Of a stretch of 45,697 nucleotides of DNA, positions 27,712 to 35,721 are shown one piece after another (the first letter of the stretch is position 1; each line of letters opens with the position of its first letter). Source of the DNA: a virus. Its lineage: Duplodnaviria; Caudoviricetes. Where the stretch lies: positions 1-45,697 of the IMG/VR virus record IMGVR_UViG_3300040733_000122. One strand, 5' to 3'. The position numbers and the translations under genes were made by a program. The notes below the pieces were generated by a model. It saw nothing but the letters and a program-made list of their open reading frames with translations. It did not search any database and was not told the origin of the DNA.

Positions 27712-28662
27712 TCACACAGCTTTTGATTTCTTATTCATCTTTGCCATCATCCGTGCCAGGCCTACTGCATAGTCTATATCTCCAATGTCATCAATCAGTC
27801 CCACAGTCAGTGCGCTCATATCAGGTTCACTGGCATTCTTTGCGTAGAAGGTACGGCCATTCAATATCCCTTTAACCTTCAGGTTCAGTTTGTCACCCCT
27901 GGCGGATTTGACATGATTCTGAAAAGCCACTGCCAATGGGCTGAGCTCTTCCTGCTTAATCAGGTCATAATCTCCCTTGAGCGCTTTCTCAAAAGGTAGG
28001 TTCTTGTAGTTGCTCTCAGGTGCGTAGATTGTATGCAATTTGAAGCCCTGGCGCTCGTAATAAGGAGCGACATCCCAGAATTGCATCATCGTACCTATGC
28101 ATCCGAACTCTGCAGAGTAATCATTATTGGCTATGATGACATCACAGTGGCAAGCAACAAAGTAGGCAGCAGATCCACACATGTCCGCTGAGGCCAGCAC
28201 AGGCATACCTGCAGCCCTGGCACGATCTATTGCCTGCAGCAACGGAGGAATAGCGTCAACCGCTCCTCCTCCGGAATCAATATCTAGCACAATGCCTGAA
28301 ATTTTGTTGCTACCGGTGGCCTTGTCAACCAGGTCAGCTATTTCCATGGTTCCGTACTGGCAGATGTCACCATACTTGATCATGGTACCTTTCAACGGAA
28401 CAATAGCAATACTGTCTTCAGGTGCCTGGTTGAAGTCTTCAATTGAGATTATACCAGCATCTGCTGACACCTTCCGCGGCAGTTTGGCACGTTTCTTATT
28501 CTCCTCCAGATCATCTGTCTGATCGCCACGCCAGTCACGAGTGTCACCCGCTTCCTTATGTGTAAGCAGCTGCTCCAGGATCGGTCCCAGTCCCATAGCA
28601 TAACTGTAATGGATGAGCCACTTACCCTGGTAAATCTGACGTAAAAGATGGATTCTGTTCAC
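27712..28662 (-). CDS. S49 (SppA-like) prohead protease
   Basis: LDIDSGGG, CGSAAYFVA, GCIG and GLIDDIG motifs; probable GTG start at 28662. Confidence 0.88.
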   Translation of the reverse strand: MNRIHLLRQIYQGKWLIHYSYAMGLGPILEQLLTHKEAGDTRDWRGDQTDDLEENKKRAKLPRKVSADAGIISIEDFNQAPEDSIAIVPLKGTMIKYGDICQYGTMEIADLVDKATGSNKISGIVLDIDSGGGAVDAIPPLLQAIDRARAAGMPVLASADMCGSAAYFVACHCDVIIANNDYSAEFGCIGTMMQFWDVAPYYERQGFKLHTIYAPESNYKNLPFEKALKGDYDLIKQEELSPLAVAFQNHVKSARGDKLNLKVKGILNGRTFYAKNASEPDMSALTVGLIDDIGDIDYAVGLARMMAKMNKKSKAV

Positions 28663-28680
28663 TAAACTGCCTCTTTCAGG

Positions 28681-28716
28681 CAATGATAAAGGCAGCTGGC
28701 CGCCCATAAAAGGACA
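28681..28716 (-). promoter_or_regulatory. Putative late promoter TGTCCTTTT-N19-TATCATTG (head operon)
   Basis: Same motif and spacing as the other copies. Confidence 0.7.
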
Positions 28717-28742
28717 AAAAGACTAGAAAAGGCAGCTTTGTT

Positions 28743-29492
28743 TCAATGCTGAGTTACCATCACTTGGTATGTTAAGCCTCTTTTCACGGTTACGGAAGTA
28801 AATGTGTAATAAACCATAGGAAAAGGATATGCCACTGCTATAGGATCAGCTTCAGGGGAACTTTCCACGAGTACTCTGTCTTCATAGAGATGCCATTCTG
28901 TTAGTTCATCACTCCCGATCATCTGCAATCCAACCCGGATTAAAGTATCTCCTTGTTGCAGTACCGGCAGGTTTGTAGCAACCAGCTCAATCCCGGCTCC
29001 AATCATCAAGACATCAAGCTCTGGAGTATCCCATGAAGCCAGCAGCGGGTTTGCAATAAATACCTGGCCAGTATCGAGATCAGCAGAGATGTGGAGTTTT
29101 ATGTGATTCAGGTCAGCCATCACAGTTCCATGATCTCCGGTGGATGTAACATTGAAATAAGCACCACTGCCTCCTATGAGGCAATACTGCCCGTTGTTAT
29201 CAAGGGCCACCAGTATAACCTTTTTACTGCGTAGAGCATCCTTGACAACAGCCAGGGAGGCCAGGTTTGAACCTGTAATCTTCGGCACCTTCAGAACTAT
29301 AGACACAGAGTAAGATGTACCATGATCAGTCTCTGTCTCCGATATACTAAGCGATCCCCCTTCGTCTGCGAAGGATATCTCATGCAGATTATTGCCCGTG
29401 AATATCAAGCCAGGGAGATCTTCATTCGTCAATCCGGAATAATACTGTGAGTCACCCCACCATAACCGTATAATACCACCTGCATTATCCAT
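28743..29492 (-). CDS. Hypothetical protein, possibly structural
   Basis: 249-aa ORF; 'DNAGGI' and 'DNNGQYCLIG' loosely echo the tail-tube-like gene (ENMGGL, DQEGQRYLLG). Confidence 0.6.
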   Translation of the reverse strand: MDNAGGIIRLWWGDSQYYSGLTNEDLPGLIFTGNNLHEISFADEGGSLSISETETDHGTSYSVSIVLKVPKITGSNLASLAVVKDALRSKKVILVALDNNGQYCLIGGSGAYFNVTSTGDHGTVMADLNHIKLHISADLDTGQVFIANPLLASWDTPELDVLMIGAGIELVATNLPVLQQGDTLIRVGLQMIGSDELTEWHLYEDRVLVESSPEADPIAVAYPFPMVYYTFTSVTVKRGLTYQVMVTQH

Positions 29493-30033
29493 TTATCAGC
29501 TCTTTTTTAAGTTTTGGGGAAACTGTCCCTAATTCAGACAAATTGGCCAGAAATATTTTCCTGATTTCTATCTTCAGATCCTTGATCGGTTTAAAGCTTA
29601 CCAGCTTCCCGTTCCTGGTAAAATCTTTCTTGATGGCTTCAAAACTCCAAACATGTTCCGGGAAGCCAAATTCATCCTGGAAGATCCTGATGCATTCTGA
29701 CATTGGGATACCCAGGGCATGGTTCAGGGCCACGTATTGTCGCATCATAATTTTGATACGAATCTCGACGAACCTGTTAAAGTTCAAAATGTTCTCCGTA
29801 TTCATCTCCCAGCCCAGACGGTAAAAGTCATCATGCAGAATTATAACCGTCACTGATTCTGTGTACTTCGCAACTTTATCACCTTCTCTTCTCCACGGTT
29901 TATTCTTCAGGCATCTCCGGAACTCACGCAGCAGCTCCGGCCACAGTAGCAGGTTTGCCGGATTACCGCAGTTATTTTCAATGTATGCCTTTACGTACCT
30001 TTTGCACGGAACCTCTATGGTAAAGTGGCCCAT
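29485..30033 (-). CDS. Hypothetical basic protein, candidate late transcription activator
   Basis: Lies at the head of the late region and has an HTH-like C-terminal segment; function is inference. Confidence 0.5.
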   Translation of the reverse strand: MGHFTIEVPCKRYVKAYIENNCGNPANLLLWPELLREFRRCLKNKPWRREGDKVAKYTESVTVIILHDDFYRLGWEMNTENILNFNRFVEIRIKIMMRQYVALNHALGIPMSECIRIFQDEFGFPEHVWSFEAIKKDFTRNGKLVSFKPIKDLKIEIRKIFLANLSELGTVSPKLKKELING

Positions 30034-30130
30034 ATTTTAAAAATAGGGTTTCGCCCGGTGCCCGTTCAAGGACACCAGGAAACGTTAATACTATTTACCA
30101 GGAATTACACAGCTTCAGTGTAAAGATAAC

Positions 30131-30164
30131 AAAAAAGCCGGCAGCATAAGATCTACCGGCTTTT
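30131..30164. terminator. Intrinsic (possibly bidirectional) terminator
   Basis: aaaaaagccgg...ccggctttt. Confidence 0.7.
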
Positions 30165-30194
30165 AACCCGAAAACTAACCTAACCTATGAAAAA

Positions 30195-30569
30195 CTAATA
30201 TGAAATCCCACCGCTGGAGTGAGCACCGACCCGTATATAGCAGTTAGATCCTTCGTTTTGTAGATAAGTACTAGTGTCAATAAAGGATTCAATTCTATAG
30301 ATCGGAGGCAAGTGATTAAAACCAGTCAGAGTTGTCCTTTCCAGATATGAATCTTCAGGTTTGAACAAATCTCCTCCAGGAATATACTCTGCCTGATCGA
30401 TCACGGAGATAAAGGCCATGTTTTCAACTCCTACCTGAATTAAGGAAGGTTCATCTTCGGTGATCAATGCACATGAGACGCCAACATCTTTGTCGACCGG
30501 CACCGTGCTGGCTGGTAATGTCGATGCAAAAATCATCAGCAATGCCAAGATGGTAAGGATCTTTTTCAT
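30195..30569 (-). CDS. Small secreted protein
   Basis: Signal peptide MKKILTILALLMIFASTLPA. Confidence 0.65.
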   Translation of the reverse strand: MKKILTILALLMIFASTLPASTVPVDKDVGVSCALITEDEPSLIQVGVENMAFISVIDQAEYIPGGDLFKPEDSYLERTTLTGFNHLPPIYRIESFIDTSTYLQNEGSNCYIRVGAHSSGGISY

Positions 30570-30609
30570 TTTTCTCAGTTTTATACTACAATAATAATAT
30601 CTGTGAGCT

Positions 30610-30645
30610 TAAACTTACCCTTCGTATCCGGTTACAAAAAGGACA
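30610..30645 (-). promoter_or_regulatory. Putative late promoter TGTCCTTTT-N19-TAAGTTTA
   Basis: Same motif and spacing as the other copies. Confidence 0.6.
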
Positions 30646-30720
30646 CTTTTGAAATTTTTCATCCTTCACCTCCTTCTCTGATTTGTTCGTCAAGAATAAT
30701 CGTCTTCGTAAAAAGTGTCG

Positions 30721-30965
30721 AAAAAAATGTAACTGTGTAACAAAGCATTTTTATCTCTGCAGTTACCTGATATATAGTAATTTGAAGGTTACACTCTGAA
30801 GTGTAACCAGGTGGTTACACTTTCATTTGAAAATGTAACCTGTACTGCAGAAGACTCATGGTTACACTTTTTTTTGTAACCCTGAAAAAGTGTAACCAAA
30901 AAGTGTAACCTGTAATTCTCTGTTTTTAAAACTCTTGGAGTATGGTTACAGAGTTACATTTTTTT
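30721..30965. repeat. TGTAAC/GTTACA palindromic array, candidate replication origin
   Basis: 12 exact hexamers, bounded by a 21-bp inverted repeat with 1 mismatch; AT-rich flank. Confidence 0.8.
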
Positions 30966-31141
30966 TGTATAATTTTAAAAAAATAAAAAAAGGAAAGTGG
31001 AAGCAACCAGGCTTAAAAGCGAATTAATGATTGGTCATAGTAAGAATAATACAACTTATGCGTATTAGTTTTAACTCTTCTGTAGTGTTATATTTTGCTT
31101 CAGACAAGAGAAAGTCAGGAGTGATGCTTGGTATACCTAAC

Positions 31142-31167
31142 AAAAAAGAGGGCCTGGAGCCCTCTTT
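31142..31167 (-). terminator. Intrinsic terminator after the lipoprotein gene
   Basis: aaagagggc-ctgga-gccctcttt stem with a T-run on the minus strand. Confidence 0.75.
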
Positions 31168-31184
31168 ACTTAGAATATGTCGGT

Positions 31185-31679
31185 CTATTTGTATGTGATG
31201 GAAGTGATCCCTGAGCTCTTGAGTATCTGTACCCCATAATCAAATACCATCTTCGCTCTTGAGTTGGTAGCCGTAACATATTCGCAGCGGAACCACTCGC
31301 TGGTATCATATGCTGATGCGGCAGCATAGCCTACCCACATGACCATAGTACTCTTTACCGCAGCCGTAATTCCATAAAAGGGAACCATCTTCAGTCGGCC
31401 TTCGCCCATGTCATATATCTTGTACTTTGCCCTGGTGCCCTTATCCAGGAGTGTCTCTTCCGTCTCCAGCCCCTGATTATCCTCAATGCTCTTCACAAAT
31501 ATATTATTCTGGGCAAATGCCGACTTGACCTGATCAAGTGTGCCAGTGAATATAACTTCAGTGGATCCTGCTGGAATCTCCGCCTGAGGTTGCACTGAAA
31601 CATATGGTTTATAAACCGTGCAGCTATTCAGACCCCATGCCATTAATAGAACGAGAATTAAGCGAGCTAATGTTTTCAT
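31185..31679 (-). CDS. Lipoprotein moron
   Basis: Lipobox-like GLNSC after a signal peptide; own TAACTTTA box at 31710-31717; terminators on both sides. Confidence 0.75.
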   Translation of the reverse strand: MKTLARLILVLLMAWGLNSCTVYKPYVSVQPQAEIPAGSTEVIFTGTLDQVKSAFAQNNIFVKSIEDNQGLETEETLLDKGTRAKYKIYDMGEGRLKMVPFYGITAAVKSTMVMWVGYAAASAYDTSEWFRCEYVTATNSRAKMVFDYGVQILKSSGITSITYK

Positions 31680-31738
31680 TTTGTGGTTTAGTTAGTTAGT
31701 ATTGCCTTCTAAAGTTAAGAAATTCATTCATACAAAGC

Positions 31739-31773
31739 AAAAAAAGCGACAAACATCAAGGTTTGCCGCTTTT
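31739..31773 (-). terminator. Intrinsic terminator after the antirepressor gene
   Basis: aaaagcgacaaac...gtttgccgctttt. Confidence 0.7.
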
Positions 31774-31828
31774 CTATTTCCTTCTTCCTGATGGAAAGAT
31801 GAACGCAGTTCAAAGATAGATAATAAAG

Positions 31829-32362
31829 TCAATTATCGAATAATTCCCGCTGTTCATTAAACTCATCGGTATCCATCTCTTTTAATTCCTTGCCTATCCT
31901 GGCTTCACGTGCGCGCAGATCTTCAAGCCTTATAAACTTGTCATTGCCTCTCAGTTCAATTTCAAGGCCGTTTCTCTCATTTTGTATTTTAGCCTTTTCT
32001 TCAAAAAGACGCTTACGCCTGGTTATGGTACCATGAAAATAATTGTAAAGAGCTTCATAACATTCTTGTTTATATTGCAGTAGTTCACTGCTATCACTCT
32101 TAATGGAAAAGAGCCAGCCATATATTAAATACTCCGGCAAACATACCATCTTTCTAGCCTGGTCTTCGGGTACCTGAATGGGCTTCAGAGCCCATCTTGA
32201 TCCAAGTATTGGATCTGCTTTCATAGTTCTAAGTTGTCTGTCAAATACTACCCCAAGTATCTCACATATAGGCTTTAATGCTATCCAATATGTGCCATTA
32301 ATTGACGAAAACAGTAATGTTTTGTCATTAAATTCCAGAAATTTTTTAAGTGACTGTTTCAT
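31829..32362 (-). CDS. ant: Phage antirepressor (P22 Ant N-terminal-like)
   Basis: YWIALKPICEILGV...Q and MVCLP...GWLFSI...YKQECYEALYNYF. Confidence 0.8.
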   Translation of the reverse strand: MKQSLKKFLEFNDKTLLFSSINGTYWIALKPICEILGVVFDRQLRTMKADPILGSRWALKPIQVPEDQARKMVCLPEYLIYGWLFSIKSDSSELLQYKQECYEALYNYFHGTITRRKRLFEEKAKIQNERNGLEIELRGNDKFIRLEDLRAREARIGKELKEMDTDEFNEQRELFDN

Positions 32363-32397
32363 AGTTATTTACAATTTTTGTTTGTAGCGCAGGTCTG

Positions 32398-32670
32398 CTA
32401 TGCAGCTTCCTCTTTTTGCATATCAGTTTCTACTTTCTTTAATGTATCCATAAGCGAATTGAGCATGTACATGTGAAATGCAATCTCTTCACGCTTTGCA
32501 GAAGAATCACCCTCTATCCGTTCTGACCGGACGTAGGTAAGCAGTAATAAATTCAGGGTTTCCTTTATTGCCGGGCCCAGATCAGCCCAGCCATTTAGCC
32601 CGATGATCTCATCAAGCACCGCTGCCATACTACACTTCTGACAGATCGTTTGACCATTTTGTGTTCGCAT
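32398..32670 (-). CDS. Small hypothetical protein (90 aa) upstream of ant
   Basis: Probable start ATGCGAACAC at 32670; the longer ORF-track start runs through the promoter and leader. Confidence 0.6.
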   Translation of the reverse strand: MRTQNGQTICQKCSMAAVLDEIIGLNGWADLGPAIKETLNLLLLTYVRSERIEGDSSAKREEIAFHMYMLNSLMDTLKKVETDMQKEEAA

Positions 32671-32698
32671 AATAAAATGTGTTTGATTAATTGAAAAA

Positions 32699-32828
32699 GG
32701 GAGATCACTGCGAACACATCTGAACCGAAGTCCAAACAGGTCTCGGGACTTACACCCGTATGTCTCCCCAGTTTTTTGTTCAGGAACCTTTGTGAATTGG
32801 ACTTTCTCATAACTCAGATATGTTCGCA
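32699..32828 (-). ncRNA. Structured leader / c4-like antisense RNA candidate
   Basis: Nested inverted repeats 32709-32723/32814-32828 and 32728-32735/32797-32804; the 3' arm is complementary to the start-codon region 32660-32669. Confidence 0.55.
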
Positions 32829-32831
32829 CCA

Positions 32832-32839
32832 CAAAGATA
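32832..32839 (-). promoter_or_regulatory. Bacteroidota -7 promoter box TATCTTTG
   Basis: Perfect TAnnTTTG immediately upstream of the structured leader. Confidence 0.65.
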
Positions 32840-32871
32840 GGTTTTATTTGAGATTTCCAAATCATATGATA

Positions 32872-33180
32872 TCACGTGAACAGGAATCTGTCATTCTCTC
32901 TTCTAATCGTTGTCATAAAAGGAAAGTCAGCTTCATTAACCTGGCATATGGCCTCAATCAGACCCGAAGATGATGTAAAGACAACATGCTTGTCTCCATC
33001 AAGCGATATCTGGAGATGAAGACATTTGCAGGTTCCCCGGTCCTTAAAGACCTTTGAGTCTTCAAGTCTGAATGCATGAACAATGATCTCTTTGTCAAGG
33101 ATTCTGGAGATCTTAATCTTATCTCCTTCGAATCCTTTCTGGGTTGTCTTAATGTTAAGCTGACTGAAACTTTTCATCAA
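32872..33180 (-). CDS. Small beta-rich protein coupled to the RT, candidate DGR accessory
   Basis: Overlaps the RT 3' end; alternating hydrophobic pattern, unlike the helical Avd. Confidence 0.6.
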   Translation of the reverse strand: MMKSFSQLNIKTTQKGFEGDKIKISRILDKEIIVHAFRLEDSKVFKDRGTCKCLHLQISLDGDKHVVFTSSSGLIEAICQVNEADFPFMTTIRRENDRFLFT

Positions 33181-34123
33181 GTAGTTTTTTCAAAAGATTA
33201 CGGCTGTTACAGTGCATTGCCCAACCAGTATAGGATGCAATTGATTGTTTATTTTCTTCCCTGGATATACTTCGCACAAAGCTCTGCTTTATGCTTTTTC
33301 TCAGGAGAACGTGTGTATGCCTGAAGACATAGCCCACAAAATCAATTCCCCTGGAGTCAACTGGAAATACCTGATAATTTTGCTTAACGGAGAGCTTCAG
33401 GTGATCTTCCAGGTATATCCTGATTCCAGACAAAATCTGATGAAGATAAAGTTTGCTATCAGATAGAATTACGATATCATCAGCATAGCGGAAATAATAT
33501 CTGACTTGCATGATCTCCTTCAGCCAGTGATCAAAATAGGTAAGGTAGAAGTTAGCCAGGTACTGGCTTAGATAATTCCCAATGGGTAACCCTTCGGCGC
33601 TGTCAATTATTTCATCAAGCAGCTGCAGCAGATCCTGGTCCTTGATCTTTCTCCGGAGTAGGGCTTTAAGTATCCCGTGATCAACGCTGGGATAAAACTT
33701 CCTTATGTCAAGTTTCAGACAATATACTGTACCGGCTTTATCCTTCAGCGCTGCAGTAAGTGCCTTAGCGGCCGCGTGAATGCCTCTTCCCTTAATGCAG
33801 CTATATGTATCGGCCGTAAAGCATGAAACAAAGATTGGCTCCAGGATGTTCATCACTGCATGGTGAAGGATCCTGTCAGGAAAATAAGGCAGTCGGAAGA
33901 TCAACCTCTCCTTTGGCTCGTATATTGTAAACGTAGTGTAAGGAGATGTCCTATAAGTTTTGCTGATCAGAGCCGCCTGAAGAGACTTAAGGTTATCATC
34001 CTGGTACCTATCATGCTCAATAACGCCCGGCTGTTTTAGTTTCCCCTTACGAGCAATGCTATCAGCCAATTCAAGGTTCTCAAGGCTGCAGATCTGCTGA
34101 TACAGATTACCTATTCTTTTCAT
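33155..34123 (-). CDS. DGR reverse transcriptase
   Basis: KERLI, DRILHHA, LKLDIRKFYPS, GLPIGNYLSQ (DGR-type SQ), YADD and IDFVGY; adjacent TR/VR pairs. Confidence 0.96.
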   Translation of the reverse strand: MKRIGNLYQQICSLENLELADSIARKGKLKQPGVIEHDRYQDDNLKSLQAALISKTYRTSPYTTFTIYEPKERLIFRLPYFPDRILHHAVMNILEPIFVSCFTADTYSCIKGRGIHAAAKALTAALKDKAGTVYCLKLDIRKFYPSVDHGILKALLRRKIKDQDLLQLLDEIIDSAEGLPIGNYLSQYLANFYLTYFDHWLKEIMQVRYYFRYADDIVILSDSKLYLHQILSGIRIYLEDHLKLSVKQNYQVFPVDSRGIDFVGYVFRHTHVLLRKSIKQSFVRSISREENKQSIASYTGWAMHCNSRNLLKKLLDEKFQSA

Positions 34124-34350
34124 CTTTCATATTTTGACATTTACCAGGACCCCAGCTTCTATCATGCTTTAGTACCTCCTGTTTCTGACAATCATCTGTC
34201 ATGCAGGCATGATAAATACACCCCCAGTTGCTTATCCTGCATTTAATGGCCTTTGCTTTTAAAAGATCCCTTTCGCTTTCGCTACCAGGGCTCTCCTGGT
34301 GGTATTCGTTATTTTTTGCCATGAGGGCAGGGTTTATGCTGCGCAATGTT

Positions 34351-34431
34351 GCATAGGTGAGACCTGACGTTCGTATTCGTGTTCGTATAATTGTAATTCG
34401 AATTCTGAAACCTGAGACTGGAAGACAGAAC
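34351..34431 (-). repeat. DGR template repeat (TR)
   Basis: 81-nt intergenic copy rich in AAY codons (VLSSSLRFQNSNYNYTNTNTNVRSHLC); differs from both VRs only at its adenines. Confidence 0.95.
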
Positions 34432-34463
34432 TGAGGGTCATGCAGTATACAACCTTTTTCATC

Positions 34464-34877
34464 CTATTCCGCGAGCAAGAGAAAATCCTTGTATTCTGAT
34501 TCAAACTGCTCAGCTATGTACATTGCCTTCTCCGAGGTATCGGTGCAAAGGCGAGACCCGACGCACGTACTCGCGAGCGTACAAATGTAATACGAAACCC
34601 GAAACCCGAGACCGGAAGACAGAACCCAAAACCAGGGGTAATATTTGTACTGATTGCTATCAGACCAGTCCGGGATCCAGCCGTCATTGATAGCCTTGAA
34701 TATTATCATCAGTTTATATACAGCTATGATAGGCTTCTTAAACTCTTCCGGGAGAGCATTAAGGATAGGCTGCAGCTGCGTATCTATCCCCAGCTTAGCA
34801 CATGCGTCTTCAAATGATTTGATTGTTCTGAAATCAAAATCAATTTTGTTTTCTGTTTCTTTGGTTTTCTTTTCCAT
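34464..34877 (-). CDS. DGR target protein 1 (137 aa)
   Basis: Contains VR1; paralogue of 34886..35338. Confidence 0.9.
   Translation of the reverse strand: MEKKTKETENKIDFDFRTIKSFEDACAKLGIDTQLQPILNALPEEFKKPIIAVYKLMIIFKAINDGWIPDWSDSNQYKYYPWFWVLSSGLGFRVSYYICTLASTCVGSRLCTDTSEKAMYIAEQFESEYKDFLLLAE
34545..34625 (-). repeat. DGR variable repeat VR1
   Basis: 17 mismatches in 81 nt against TR, all at TR adenines on the minus strand. Confidence 0.95.
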
Positions 34878-34885
34878 GATTATCG

Positions 34886-35338
34886 TTATAAAATGAAATT
34901 TTCATAGAGTTTAATGAACTGCCGGCCGGCATGCTCAGCTTTCTCGCTTGACTCAAAACAAAGGCGAGACCCGACGTACGTAAACGTGAGCGTATAATAG
35001 TAAAACGAATGCTGAAACCCGAGACCGGAAGACAGAACATTAAACCATGGAAACCATTTTTTCTGATCTTCATTGGACCAGTCCGGGATCCATCCCTGGT
35101 TAATAGCTGCGACGATGACCTTGATCATCTTGTATGCAGCTTCATCTTTGGTATCTGTCTCCTGTGTTACTTTTCCCGGATCCAGTTCCAATGCCTGGCA
35201 GGCATCTTTGAAAGTCTTGATGCTGCGAAAGTCAGTTTTCTCGAAGGTCTTCTCACCGAAGGCCTTCGTTAATTGCTCCTTGAACCAGTCCGGAGACGTG
35301 TCGTAGAGCTTCCTTGCTGTTTCTTTTGTTAGTTCCAT
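34886..35338 (-). CDS. DGR target protein 2 (150 aa)
   Basis: Contains VR2; shares DFRxIKxFxDAC and AINxGWIPDWS with target 1. Confidence 0.9.
   Translation of the reverse strand: MELTKETARKLYDTSPDWFKEQLTKAFGEKTFEKTDFRSIKTFKDACQALELDPGKVTQETDTKDEAAYKMIKVIVAAINQGWIPDWSNEDQKKWFPWFNVLSSGLGFQHSFYYYTLTFTYVGSRLCFESSEKAEHAGRQFIKLYENFIL
34959..35038 (-). repeat. DGR variable repeat VR2
   Basis: 14 mismatches in 80 nt against TR, all at TR adenines. Confidence 0.95.
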
Positions 35339-35373
35339 TTTTGCGTTGCTTTAAACAATTAATAATTAGGTTT

Positions 35374-35718
35374 TTATAACTGCGATATTTTCTTATACTC
35401 AAAGAAGTTCAGCTCATATATTGAGTCACCGTTAACCGCAAACAGAGACATTCTAAATACATATGGAACATCTACTGCAAAATCCAGGTATCTTGCTTCA
35501 TCTTCCGGAGAATAAATATCTATTACTAAAGGTTTGCACCTCGAGTATTCCTCATTAAGTTTTACTAGGCGTTGGCGGATCATAGCCCTAAAAGTCGGAA
35601 TCTTATCTTCCGGTATTAATTGTCGGTCCAGCTCGTGGGCCAGATCCTTAGCTGCGGCCTCTAACTTGTTCTTTGCCACCCAGTGATCTGTAGTGACCTT
35701 TGAAAAGTACAGTTTCAT
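35374..35718 (-). CDS. Hypothetical protein
   Basis: ORF in the co-oriented early operon. Confidence 0.65.
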   Translation of the reverse strand: MKLYFSKVTTDHWVAKNKLEAAAKDLAHELDRQLIPEDKIPTFRAMIRQRLVKLNEEYSRCKPLVIDIYSPEDEARYLDFAVDVPYVFRMSLFAVNGDSIYELNFFEYKKISQL

Positions 35719-35721
35719 AGT

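Noticed and set aside
26746-27726. 326-aa plus-strand ORF
   Set aside because: Antisense shadow of the capsid and scaffold genes; Ser-rich with no recognisable motif.
30039-30074. Seventh copy of the TGTCCTT motif
   Set aside because: The T-run is short and there is no TAnnnTTG box at the conserved distance.
30721-30965. Repeat array as CRISPR
   Set aside because: Repeats are 6-9 bp in both orientations with irregular spacing, and no cas genes are present.
33155-34123. RT as a group II intron, retron or Abi RT
   Set aside because: It is short, lacks maturase/endonuclease extensions, has the SQ motif, and sits next to TR/VR pairs with adenine-only mismatches.
34107-34346. 79-aa ORF as Avd
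   Set aside because: Too short, no four-helix pattern, and it covers the structured TR-RT spacer.
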